Shown one piece after another: positions 11,169 through 19,370 of a DNA stretch of 64,000 bases. The stretch's first letter is position 1. The number at the start of each line of letters is the position of its first letter. A model generated the notes under the pieces. It was not told where the DNA came from and did not search any database. It saw nothing but the letters and a program-made list of their open reading frames with translations. The stretch covers positions 2,784,001 to 2,848,000 of the forward strand of contig OY970325.1 of the NCBI GenBank assembly GCA_963717145.1, written 5' to 3'. Made by a program: the position numbers and the translations under genes. The DNA comes from an uncultured Armatimonadetes bacterium (GTDB lineage Bacteria > Armatimonadota > UBA5829 > DTJY01).

Positions 11169-11367
11169 TCAGATCATCCGTCTGGCTGCTCTTAATACGT
11201 AGAGCGCATCGGCGGTCACCCACTCATTCATGCGGGTGGCGCTGACCCTGCCCCAGGAGACGGTTTCACCTCGGCCGCTTAGGTCTTTGGTGACGGCATA
11301 GAACCGTTCCTCCGCGGGCCAACCTCCGTCCGGGAGGCGCTTCGACTCCAGGAGGCCGAGCGAGTCA
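11169..11367 (-). pseudogene. Orphan second copy of the 3' end of the 12219-13208 gene
   Basis: DSLGLLESKRLPDGGWPAEERFYAVTKDLSGRGETVSWGRVSATRMNEWVTADAL versus DSLDLLESKRLPDGGWPAEERFYAVTKDLSGRGETVSWGKVSKTRMNEWVTADVL. Confidence 0.9.
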
Positions 11368-11610
11368 GGCTGCGGCGGATTGCCGTTCATTCTGAATGAT
11401 GATTTTGGGGTCGGCGTTCGGCGGGGGGACAGGCAGGCCTCGTTCGCGCAGGAGGGCGACATGCTCTCGCATCCCCCACTTGGCTTTGTAGAGGCAGTCC
11501 TCAACCGAGTGCCCAACACCCGTCAACCCTTCAAGGTCAGGTCATTGGAAGGCGAAGAAGTCAGGCTCGTCCGTCGCCTCGATCACGAGTGAATATTCCA
11601 GATCAATCAC
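11365..11610 (-). pseudogene. hicB: HicB-like antitoxin with an in-frame TGA at codon 23
   Basis: Manual translation: MIDLEYSLVIEATDEPDFFAFQ*PDLEGLTGVGHSVEDCLYKAKWGMREHVALLRERGLPVP. Fits the HicB pattern Y.lvie...PDL.G....G.s.ee...G.p.P. Stop at 11542-11544. Confidence 0.75.
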
Positions 11611-11618
11611 GATGATAC

Positions 11619-11954
11619 CTACCAGACCCTCTCCAGTTCAAGTGCCCGAGCTAGCGCGTTGCCAAGTATCCTGAGCTTGTCAGACCCGAGTTGTCCAACA
11701 TAGTCGGTCAAGGCTGATTTGGGCAGGCTTGCCAGCTCGTCGCAGTGGATGCTGGAGTCATGCTTGAGCCCCTCGGGTACTCCTACCTGAACCTGAGTGG
11801 ATAGCCCATCATAGGCGGTGTATACCGGAGCGCAGATAACCGTCGAAAAACGGGAGTCGATGAGGGTCTGGCGGCTTACCACCACGAAAACTCGCCTCTT
11901 CTTCGGATCCGCCTCAGATAGTTTCCTGACTAGATAAAGCTCGCCGCGTCTCAT
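11619..11954 (-). CDS. mazF: PemK/MazF-family toxin
   Basis: MRRGELYLV...[10 protein letters not shown]...VICAPV...[12 protein letters not shown]. Confidence 0.9.
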   Translation of the reverse strand: MRRGELYLVRKLSEADPKKRRVFVVVSRQTLIDSRFSTVICAPVYTAYDGLSTQVQVGVPEGLKHDSSIHCDELASLPKSALTDYVGQLGSDKLRILGNALARALELERVW

Positions 11955-12181
11955 ATTGGCGCTTGATATCCCAGAACGTCTTCTGCTTCAGCATTCAGTT
12001 CATCGGCGTGTTCATTGATGATCTCAAGATCGCGACGATCGGCTTCCTCTCGCTCCAGGTGGGCGATGTAATGCTGTACGGCCACTTCAATGAGCTCTGA
12101 ACGGTTCCTGAACTCTGCCCTATGGTTCTCAATCCGCCGACGCGTGCCGCTGTCTAGTGTGATAGAAATCTTACTTTTCAT
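11951..12181 (-). CDS. Ribbon-helix-helix (CopG-type) antitoxin
   Basis: [10 protein letters not shown]...[10 protein letters not shown]; overlaps the mazF start. Confidence 0.85.
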   Translation of the reverse strand: MKSKISITLDSGTRRRIENHRAEFRNRSELIEVAVQHYIAHLEREEADRRDLEIINEHADELNAEAEDVLGYQAPI

Positions 12182-12187
12182 GCTACG

Positions 12188-12216
12188 ATCATACCACCTT
12201 TGCGCCCAAGCGTCAA
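12188..12216 (-). promoter_or_regulatory. Sigma70-type promoter; probably a leaderless transcript
   Basis: TTGACG, 17 nt, TATGAT, then only 6 nt before the antitoxin ATG; no SD. Confidence 0.7.
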
Positions 12217-12218
12217 CA

Positions 12219-13208
12219 CTATTCCAATCGTCCCGCTGCACTGAGCACGAAGAGCACATCCGCGGTGACCCACTCGTTCATGCGGGTCTTGCTGACCTTG
12301 CCCCAGGAGACGGTCTCGCCTCGGCCGCTGAGGTCTTTCGTCACGGCGTAGAACCTCTCCTCCGCGGGCCAGCCGCCGTCCGGTAGGCGCTTCGACTCCA
12401 GGAGATCTAGCGAGTCGGCACACCGGGGATCGGAGATGAACCCGCCTTCCGCCATCACCTTCAGCCCGAACAGGATGTCGTACCGCCAGTAGCACGGGTA
12501 ATGCAGCCGCGTGAACTGCGGGTTCATCACCTCGCCGTCGCTGATCCGTCGGAAGAGCCGCCGTCTGAGGAACAACTCCGCCGCGCGCCCGGCTGCTTCC
12601 AGGGCCTTTGCATCTCCCGTTGTCTTTCCATAGATCGAGAGAGCGCGCAGCGGAATCAGTGATTCCCAGAACGATGACGTCGCAGCCTCAGGGTTCTTGT
12701 CGCAGTTCCAGCCGCCGTCCGGCCACTGGGTCTTGATCAATAACTCGGCGAAATCATGGCATCGCTCGTTCATCAGACCGAGCGCCACCGTGGAGAAGAG
12801 CGCATTACCCGGCAGAGATGCACAGAACCTCGCCCTGCCGTTGAGCCGGGAAGGCCACTCTCCTTCGGTGAACTTCCTCCTGACTATGAAGCCCATCGAG
12901 AAGTCCAGAACCTGGTCGCGCATCGGAATCAGCTCCGGATCGCCCTTCGGATATCCGATATCGGCAAGGTGCGCGAAGACCCAGTGAGCGCCCTTCCACT
13001 TCTTGTAGGTCTGATTCTGCCTGAAGATCCGTCCGCTCTCATCACGGTTGCTCAGGAGCGCCCGAACCCTCGGCGAGTCCTTGATCTCCCGGCGAAGGTC
13101 CGCCAGCGAGTCCTCGGTCTCCCCGAGCACTCGGCTTCGGACCTTGTACCGAATCGAAGGCTCATCTGATGCCAGCAGTTTGTCGATCACATCAGGCATT
13201 CGATCCAC
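12219..13208 (-). CDS. Prenyltransferase/squalene-cyclase-repeat (alpha/alpha barrel) protein, function unknown
   Basis: QWPDGGWNC and RLPDGGW QW-like repeats; HYPCYWRYDIL. Confidence 0.7.
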   Translation of the reverse strand: MDRMPDVIDKLLASDEPSIRYKVRSRVLGETEDSLADLRREIKDSPRVRALLSNRDESGRIFRQNQTYKKWKGAHWVFAHLADIGYPKGDPELIPMRDQVLDFSMGFIVRRKFTEGEWPSRLNGRARFCASLPGNALFSTVALGLMNERCHDFAELLIKTQWPDGGWNCDKNPEAATSSFWESLIPLRALSIYGKTTGDAKALEAAGRAAELFLRRRLFRRISDGEVMNPQFTRLHYPCYWRYDILFGLKVMAEGGFISDPRCADSLDLLESKRLPDGGWPAEERFYAVTKDLSGRGETVSWGKVSKTRMNEWVTADVLFVLSAAGRLE

Positions 13209-13211
13209 CCG

Positions 13212-13445
13212 TTAGGCAGGCTTGGCCTCCGTTAGGTCGAGCAGCTTGGCCTGAACGGATTCGAGCACCGAGTCTCGCACGAAATCGCTGGCATTCAGGA
13301 TCTCGACGCCGATCAGTTCGCCCTTGTCGTTCACTTCCGCTGTGATATTGGGACTGACCTCGATGCTCCCTGCCTCGGGTTCCTCAGAAATCGTGATGTG
13401 GAGGACATTGTCCTTCTCAAAGTATGCCATTCGCGCTTTACTCAT
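13212..13445 (-). CDS. DUF2283-family protein (putative antitoxin)
   Basis: YFEKDNVLHI...NDKGELIGVEILNAS. Confidence 0.85.
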   Translation of the reverse strand: MSKARMAYFEKDNVLHITISEEPEAGSIEVSPNITAEVNDKGELIGVEILNASDFVRDSVLESVQAKLLDLTEAKPA

Positions 13446-13716
13446 TTGTGAACCTACCCCATCGCAAACGCAAGTTGATCTGCCGGCGATTCGTCGCATG
13501 AATCGTGACCGGCGTCAGAGTATTGTCTTCGCGGTCATATGGTATCATCACCAGCAACTGGTCCTGACGGCCAACTACGACCTTTCGGCCTGTAACGATA
13601 TCGAGGTATCGTTCAGTCGAGTATCGCACAATGCTCTCGACTACCGCAAGGTCGAAGCCACGCAGAGTGCAACGATACTTGAAGTAGTCTGTCCAGATGA
13701 TCGTGACCTCGTCCAT
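13438..13716 (-). CDS. DUF4258/RelE-like putative toxin
   Basis: 92 aa, WTDYFKYR...RG, VMIPY...TPVTIH; overlaps the DUF2283 gene. Confidence 0.65.
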   Translation of the reverse strand: MDEVTIIWTDYFKYRCTLRGFDLAVVESIVRYSTERYLDIVTGRKVVVGRQDQLLVMIPYDREDNTLTPVTIHATNRRQINLRLRWGRFTNE

Positions 13717-13735
13717 ACCATCCTCTGATCAGTAG

Positions 13736-14908
13736 CTAGTCCCGGCCACCCGTGGATTCCTTCGTTCCCTCGGAGACATCCTTTCGAAGCTCTCGATGTG
13801 CCTCGGCGAGGGCCGCTGCATACGGCTCGTAAGGAGTTGCCGTATTCACATTCCACACGTCCGGGTACTTGATCTCGATCCAGTTCGCCGAGTGACTGAT
13901 ACCGTTCCACAGCACTCTCCGGAAGCCCTCCGAGTCCAGAGGCTGCCGATCACCCGCATTCGGATTCCGGAAGATCCGAGCCGCCTCATAGGCAAGCTGA
14001 ACCTTGTCCCGGACATCCCAGACCAGCGACAGGTAGTCATTGATCGTCTTGTTGTCCGCCGTGTACGGACCTGCAAAGTACTTCGGGTTTTCTTCGCCGA
14101 GCCCCAACAACCGCAGAATCAGCTTCCGGCTTCGACTCGCCTGCCGCTCGATCGTGTAGTCCCGGATCGCCTTGCATGTTCGGAGACTCTCTGCCTGATT
14201 CACGTCGCCGAACATCTGGTAGTGCAGACCGAGCGCAAGGTCGGTATTCGGAAACGCTTCCGCGAACCGGTCTATCGATTCCTTCCAGCCGGCTTCGAAC
14301 TTGTCGAGCGAGAATGCCAGCTTGTGTTCCTCTTCGGGCGATATCTCGGCGACCGGGAAGTTGGTCTCGACCCCGAACAGGGACGACGGCCCGTTGACCG
14401 CGACGTAATGAAGCGCCGAGTGTCCGTCATATCGCGCCCCGAGCCTCGACACCGTCGAGTACAGCGCCGCCTTGTACTGCTCATCCCACGGCACCGGACT
14501 CGTCTTCCATCCGACTAGAGGATGGATGTGCCGGAACTCGAAGGTCTCGGAACGCTCCATCACCCACTCCGGCGCGTATGCCTGGACCAGGAGCGCCAGG
14601 GATGCCGTCTTTCCCTTCCGCCGGGCGATCTCCAGCGGAACGTCGAACAGCTCCCATCGGTAGTCCCCGCGCGCAGGCTCGAACGATCGCCAGTTCACGT
14701 AGACCATCAGCCCCGAGATGTACTCCAGGTCGAGTATCCCGGACATCACCGTGCGCCAGTCGGGCCGGCCGCCGTCGAGGTTCACCGTGATGCAGTGTAC
14801 CCCGTTCCGCGTCTGAGCAGTTTTCTCCGGCGTCGAGCCGTGCAGCGGCCTCAGAGTCGCCCAGGCCAATCCCCCTGCCGTGATCCCGAGGAACTCCCGG
14901 CGGTTCAT
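13736..14908 (-). CDS. Tat-exported GH42-like TIM-barrel protein
   Basis: MNRREFLG Tat motif; NWRSFEPARGDYRWELFD; PVPWDEQY; LGARYDG. Confidence 0.6.
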   Translation of the reverse strand: MNRREFLGITAGGLAWATLRPLHGSTPEKTAQTRNGVHCITVNLDGGRPDWRTVMSGILDLEYISGLMVYVNWRSFEPARGDYRWELFDVPLEIARRKGKTASLALLVQAYAPEWVMERSETFEFRHIHPLVGWKTSPVPWDEQYKAALYSTVSRLGARYDGHSALHYVAVNGPSSLFGVETNFPVAEISPEEEHKLAFSLDKFEAGWKESIDRFAEAFPNTDLALGLHYQMFGDVNQAESLRTCKAIRDYTIERQASRSRKLILRLLGLGEENPKYFAGPYTADNKTINDYLSLVWDVRDKVQLAYEAARIFRNPNAGDRQPLDSEGFRRVLWNGISHSANWIEIKYPDVWNVNTATPYEPYAAALAEAHRELRKDVSEGTKESTGGRD

Positions 14909-14913
14909 GCGTA

Positions 14914-16080
14914 CTACTTGACTCCCACCTGCTCCGGGCCGAGGTTCTTGAAGAGGTAGAGCCCTTCCTTGCCGGGCGCGACGATATCGAGCTTGCCGTT
15001 GCCGTCGATGTCGCCGATCCACATGAAGATGCCCGTGCCCGACGCCTCACCCTTCTTGCCGTAGTCGATCACGCACTTGGTGAACGACTCGCCGTTCCAC
15101 TTGAAGTACCAGAGGCCGACGATATCCGTCTCGCCCGGCTCGTGGCCGCAGTGGGCGCGGAACCGGTTGCCGGTGACGATCTCTTTCTCGCCGTCGCCGT
15201 CGATGTCGATCAGGATCATCTCGTGGTACTGCGAGAACCAGGGGTCGATCGGGTGCTTCGTCCAGGTGCGCGTTCCGTCGGCGTTGTCTTTCCGGGTGTA
15301 GTAGTCGAGGCCGTAGTTGTGTGCCTGGCCGACGATGATCTCGTTCACGCCGTCGCCGTTCACATCAGCGACGATCATCGGCACGCTGGCGCTCCCGAAG
15401 TTGAACTCCTGGTGGAACTTGTACTCGCCGGTGAGCGGGTCGCCCATCGGCTCCCACCAGCCGCTCGGGGTGATGAAGCACATCTTGCCGTTCCCCAGCA
15501 CGTCGCCGAACCCGAGGCCGTGCCCCTGAGGCTCACTGCTGATCACGTATTCCTTGAACGCGCCCTTTTCGAGCTTGTAGACCCTCAGCGGCTGACCCGG
15601 CGTGTTCGGCACGATCTCGATCTGACCGTCGCCGTCGACATCCCAGCCGCGAGTCGTCTCGATCGAGCCGGTCTTCGCGATCTCGTGTGTCGTCCACTCC
15701 ACCGGCTTGCCCTTGGGGTTCTCGCACCACTGGAGCGCCTGACCCCACCATCCGCCGGTGACGAAATCCATGTAGCCGTCGCCGTTGACGTCCATCGGAA
15801 TCGTCGAGAAATCGTCGAAATACTCGTCCGCCGCCAGGACATCCCGCAGCTTGTGCTTCGTCCAGTTCGGCGCTTCGTACCATGATGCGCCGCAGACGAT
15901 GTCGAGTTTGCCGTCGTTGTTGACATCGAACACGCCCGCTGACTCATAGGCGCCGTCGTCGATCTTGATCTTCTCCCACTCGATCCTTCGCATGTTCCGT
16001 TGTCCTCCCGAGTTTTCGGCGGCGCGCAGCATGCCGGCGACCGCCACTATACCAATGCAGATTGCGACCATCAGCTTCAT
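14914..16080 (-). CDS. FG-GAP/VCBS repeat beta-propeller protein, secreted
   Basis: Repeated D-x-N/D-G-D-G-x-x-D/E motifs (DVNNDGKLD, DVNGDGYMD, DVDGDGQIE, DIDGDGEKE); signal peptide. Confidence 0.85.
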   Translation of the reverse strand: MKLMVAICIGIVAVAGMLRAAENSGGQRNMRRIEWEKIKIDDGAYESAGVFDVNNDGKLDIVCGASWYEAPNWTKHKLRDVLAADEYFDDFSTIPMDVNGDGYMDFVTGGWWGQALQWCENPKGKPVEWTTHEIAKTGSIETTRGWDVDGDGQIEIVPNTPGQPLRVYKLEKGAFKEYVISSEPQGHGLGFGDVLGNGKMCFITPSGWWEPMGDPLTGEYKFHQEFNFGSASVPMIVADVNGDGVNEIIVGQAHNYGLDYYTRKDNADGTRTWTKHPIDPWFSQYHEMILIDIDGDGEKEIVTGNRFRAHCGHEPGETDIVGLWYFKWNGESFTKCVIDYGKKGEASGTGIFMWIGDIDGNGKLDIVAPGKEGLYLFKNLGPEQVGVK

Positions 16081-16131
16081 GATTCCTACTCCTCCGAAGG
16101 GCTATTCTGTGTTTCTTAGGATTTCCCCTGC

Positions 16132-16245
16132 CCAAAACCCGTAGGGGCGATCCTTCAACGGTCGCCCGGCATGTACGCGGGCGACCGTTGAAGGATCGCC
16201 CCTACGGGTTTTGGCATACGGGCGGGCGTAGAAGCACCGCCCCTA
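16132..16245. repeat. GTAG-type REP doublet plus third arm (family D)
   Basis: ccaaaacccgtaggggcgatccttcaacggtcgcccg and its exact complement; third arm ends ...cgcccctac and overlaps the TAG of the 16243 gene. Confidence 0.85.
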
Positions 16246-18237
16246 CGGCCGAATGGCCCTTACGTTGGCTGCGAACCGGCCATCATACCGGACCTGAAGC
16301 TTGGAGCGAAGCCCCGGGTCGGAGGTGATGACGACCATCTGGGTGACATCGAGCGTGCCGAGGTGCAGATCGAGCTTTGAACCCGACCGGTCGTACTTCA
16401 CGTCGCCGATGCCCTGATCGCTGACCTCGAACACCGACTTCGCGTCGAGCCACGCGGGCAGATTCACACTCGCCTCGGCGTTCTCGACCGGCTCGATGTT
16501 GATGCCCGATCGGTCGGAGGCATAGTTGTCGTTCACCAGCAGGAGCACCATCGTGTCGGTGCCGGCGAGGAGAGTGCGGGTCCAGAGCCACTTCGACGCG
16601 GTGACGGGAATGTCCGCGGGGCAACTGCGCATCAGGATCGGGCCGGCGGTACGGACCTCCGCGCCGAGGAGTCCGATCGCGTCCCAGAGCGCCTTCGCCG
16701 CCGGTTCGTCGGCCATGACGCCGGACGAGCCGTCGCCCCCCTCGGCCACGGGGATCAGCCACCAGTAGGACAGCCCCTTTGCGCCGGATGCGAGGGCGTA
16801 GTAGACCTCGATCCGCTTCTCCTCGGGAGTGGCGAACCTGAACACCTTGTCGCCCTTCACGAGTTTCGTGCAGTTGAGCATCAGGTGCAGCGGCTTCGGC
16901 GCGCATGAGGACCGGCATATCGACCCGACGGCATAGACGAACGTGGCCTTCGAGTATTGCGGGATCGTGCCGGGCCTCGAGAAGTACGCCTGCGCGAGCC
17001 GTGTCTGCATGTACGGATCGGCGGCGAATATGTCGGGGAGTTGGCCGTAGACGTACCAGTTGTCGGGTTTGAACGTCATGTCGACGTTCAGCATATTCGG
17101 CACGGTCTGATCGGCCTGCCTCAGCGTTTCCGCGTGCTCGATCAGCCCTTGAGCGATCGCTCCCACCCTGGACTGCGCCGGGAGCTTGTCGACCCGGAAG
17201 TCGGCGGTGTCCGGCTCGTCGGCGAGGTACCAGGCGAGGGCTCCCGACCATGCCTTCTCCGGTTCACCAACGATCATCCGGATGCCTAGCGACTTCATCG
17301 CCTGCCTGCCCTCTTCACTCTTCATATAGGCCCTGACCGCGTCCGAGCCGATGATCTCCATCTGCATGTTCATGTTGTGGACGCCCATGTCGGCGACGTG
17401 CGCCCGCCCGAGTTCGAGGTCCGTCTCTTTCCCCGGTTTTGCGCCCCAGACTCCGTATGCAAGCTCGTCGGCATAGGCGCGAATCCCGGCGACTGCGGTC
17501 GTGCCGTCGTCGCAGTTCGCCTGGAAGCAGTGGTATGAGCCGCGAACGAGCGGTGACTTCGGCTTGATGACGATTGGCGTGATTGCGAGCGCCGGATCTC
17601 GGCCGATGGTGGACAGGGCGGTGACATCCGTGCCGTCCATGAGGACTCTGGTGACTGCACGGGAGCGCATGTAGAGGTGGACTTGATCGAGGTTCTCTGA
17701 GAATGAGATGCCCTCGACGCGCGGCTGAGCCTTCATCGGAACAGTCACGGTTTCCATGCCCGCGGAAGTCTTGATCGCCAACTGCAGGCTCGCGGAGGGA
17801 GTATGCCTGAAGCGGATGGTGATCTCGCCGGTCGCGGAGGGAGCGATCGACTTCGGCTCGATCTTGTACCAGATCGGCTCGCCCGCATCGATGAGCAACC
17901 TGCGCTCGGCTTCGCTCAGGTCGGAGAAGAAGATGCTCGCGGCGAAGGCAACTCCCTTGTACTTCCTCGACGTGTCGAAGGCGATTGCCGGCTTGAGGCT
18001 GATCCCGCCGAGCAGCACGTCATCGATGGTGACAGGTTGAGTGCCCGTGTTCTTGAGGAACACATGGACCGATCCGCCGAGCGCGCGCTGACCTGTATCA
18101 TCATCGCTCCAGAAGGATGAGTACTCAGGGAACGGCACATCGGCGACCCACGATGCACCGAGCACCGCCGCACCCACAGATGCCGGGATGGTGAGAAACA
18201 AGATCGCCGCTATTGTGATGCAGATGAATCGGGGCAT
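16243..18237 (-). CDS. Secreted hypothetical glycoside-hydrolase-like protein (paralog of 19367-21406)
   Basis: Signal peptide; WYLADEPD, DIFAADPY, ASGAKGLSYWW motifs resembling clan GH-A-like barrels. Confidence 0.6.
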   Translation of the reverse strand: MPRFICITIAAILFLTIPASVGAAVLGASWVADVPFPEYSSFWSDDDTGQRALGGSVHVFLKNTGTQPVTIDDVLLGGISLKPAIAFDTSRKYKGVAFAASIFFSDLSEAERRLLIDAGEPIWYKIEPKSIAPSATGEITIRFRHTPSASLQLAIKTSAGMETVTVPMKAQPRVEGISFSENLDQVHLYMRSRAVTRVLMDGTDVTALSTIGRDPALAITPIVIKPKSPLVRGSYHCFQANCDDGTTAVAGIRAYADELAYGVWGAKPGKETDLELGRAHVADMGVHNMNMQMEIIGSDAVRAYMKSEEGRQAMKSLGIRMIVGEPEKAWSGALAWYLADEPDTADFRVDKLPAQSRVGAIAQGLIEHAETLRQADQTVPNMLNVDMTFKPDNWYVYGQLPDIFAADPYMQTRLAQAYFSRPGTIPQYSKATFVYAVGSICRSSCAPKPLHLMLNCTKLVKGDKVFRFATPEEKRIEVYYALASGAKGLSYWWLIPVAEGGDGSSGVMADEPAAKALWDAIGLLGAEVRTAGPILMRSCPADIPVTASKWLWTRTLLAGTDTMVLLLVNDNYASDRSGINIEPVENAEASVNLPAWLDAKSVFEVSDQGIGDVKYDRSGSKLDLHLGTLDVTQMVVITSDPGLRSKLQVRYDGRFAANVRAIRP

Positions 18238-18295
18238 ATGCCATTGCTCCTGATGTCAACCGCCAAGTCGCCAAGAACGCCAAGATGGCTGGTTG

Positions 18296-18412
18296 GTGCG
18301 GATTTGTAATCCAGCACCTCGTGGCAAACCGGCATCCGTGATGCCATCCGCGACGTCGCGGGATCACAGATCCCCAGATTGCCAATGCGGGCTGGATTAC
18401 AAATCCGCCCGA
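18296..18412. repeat. Inverted repeat (family G) flanked by cgccaaga-type short repeats
   Basis: gcggatttgtaatccagc ... gctggattacaaatccgc. Confidence 0.75.
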
Positions 18413-18458
18413 ACCAGCGTTTTCAAGGAAGTCGCCAAGAACGCGAAGACCGAAGTTG

Positions 18459-19370
18459 TCACTTCTCCCACGCGAGGGAGTAGTCCCGTTGCTCGGGAGC
18501 CGGATGGCCGCCGGGACCGTAGCCCTTCGCGGTGGAGACCCTCTCCAGCGGGACGAAGGCGCTCGTGATGCCCTCCTCAGACACGTTGTACCTGAGGAAC
18601 CCGAGACCTGGATCGCCATCCGGCCAGCGATCGGGCCATTGAGAGAACGACGTCGCAGGCGCGAGGTCGAACCGGATGCCATCGAACTCCCTGGTCCGTC
18701 GGCAGTGGACGTGCCCGCTGATGACGATGCCCGCCCCGGTCTGCCGGAACACGTCCATGATCCGGCTGCGGCATGGCTCGTCGATGCCGAAGTACCAGTC
18801 GAGATACCGCTCGGGATCGGTGAGATCGAAGTTCGGCTCGTCCGGGCGGTCTATGAAGGGCGGGTAGTGCATGATCCACACGTGGCGTTCGGCCCTGGGT
18901 ACCGATTCCATCCACTCCCACTGCTCATCTTCCTCAGGAAGCCCCGATCCCGCGAGCATGTCGCAGAACCCCGAGAAGCGCACTCCCTTGTGCATGAAGC
19001 TCCACCACGGCGGCCCGAAGACCGATGAGAACTGCCGGACCTGCGCCGACGTGATGTTCAGGCTCACGTCGTCGGCCTGTTGGAACGAGCCGGATTGCTT
19101 CGTGTGCTTGTTGCCGGTGTCCATGTTGCCGGCGATGACGTGACATGGGAACGGCAGGGCGTCGAGATCGGCCTTGATGCTCTCGAGTTCATACCGATGG
19201 ATGCTGCCGTCGCGCGTCAGGTCGCCGGGAATGAGCAGCAGATCGGGCGCTGTCTCGATGATCTGCGCGCGGGCGGTCTGCCAGTTCTCGTTCCATGCCG
19301 GCGCGAACCGGAATGATTTCGGCGACCCGACCTGGATATCTGAGGCTACTGCGAACGACCAGGACTTCAT
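18459..19370 (-). CDS. Calcineurin-like metallophosphoesterase
   Basis: ASDIQ, PGDLT, AGNMD, IMHYP, SGHVH motifs; ATGA overlap with the upstream gene. Confidence 0.85.
   Translation of the reverse strand: MKSWSFAVASDIQVGSPKSFRFAPAWNENWQTARAQIIETAPDLLLIPGDLTRDGSIHRYELESIKADLDALPFPCHVIAGNMDTGNKHTKQSGSFQQADDVSLNITSAQVRQFSSVFGPPWWSFMHKGVRFSGFCDMLAGSGLPEEDEQWEWMESVPRAERHVWIMHYPPFIDRPDEPNFDLTDPERYLDWYFGIDEPCRSRIMDVFRQTGAGIVISGHVHCRRTREFDGIRFDLAPATSFSQWPDRWPDGDPGLGFLRYNVSEEGITSAFVPLERVSTAKGYGPGGHPAPEQRDYSLAWEK

Noticed and set aside
11542-11544. Selenocysteine or read-through at the hicB TGA
   Set aside because: No SECIS-like evidence, no hicA partner, and HicB is not a known selenoprotein; a nonsense mutation is simpler.
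11169-12420. DGR template/variable repeat pair
   Set aside because: Differences are mostly synonymous and not adenine-specific; no reverse transcriptase in the window.
8544-13716. Integron cassette array
   Set aside because: No intI and no recognisable attC (RYYYAAC...GTTRRRY) structures between the genes.
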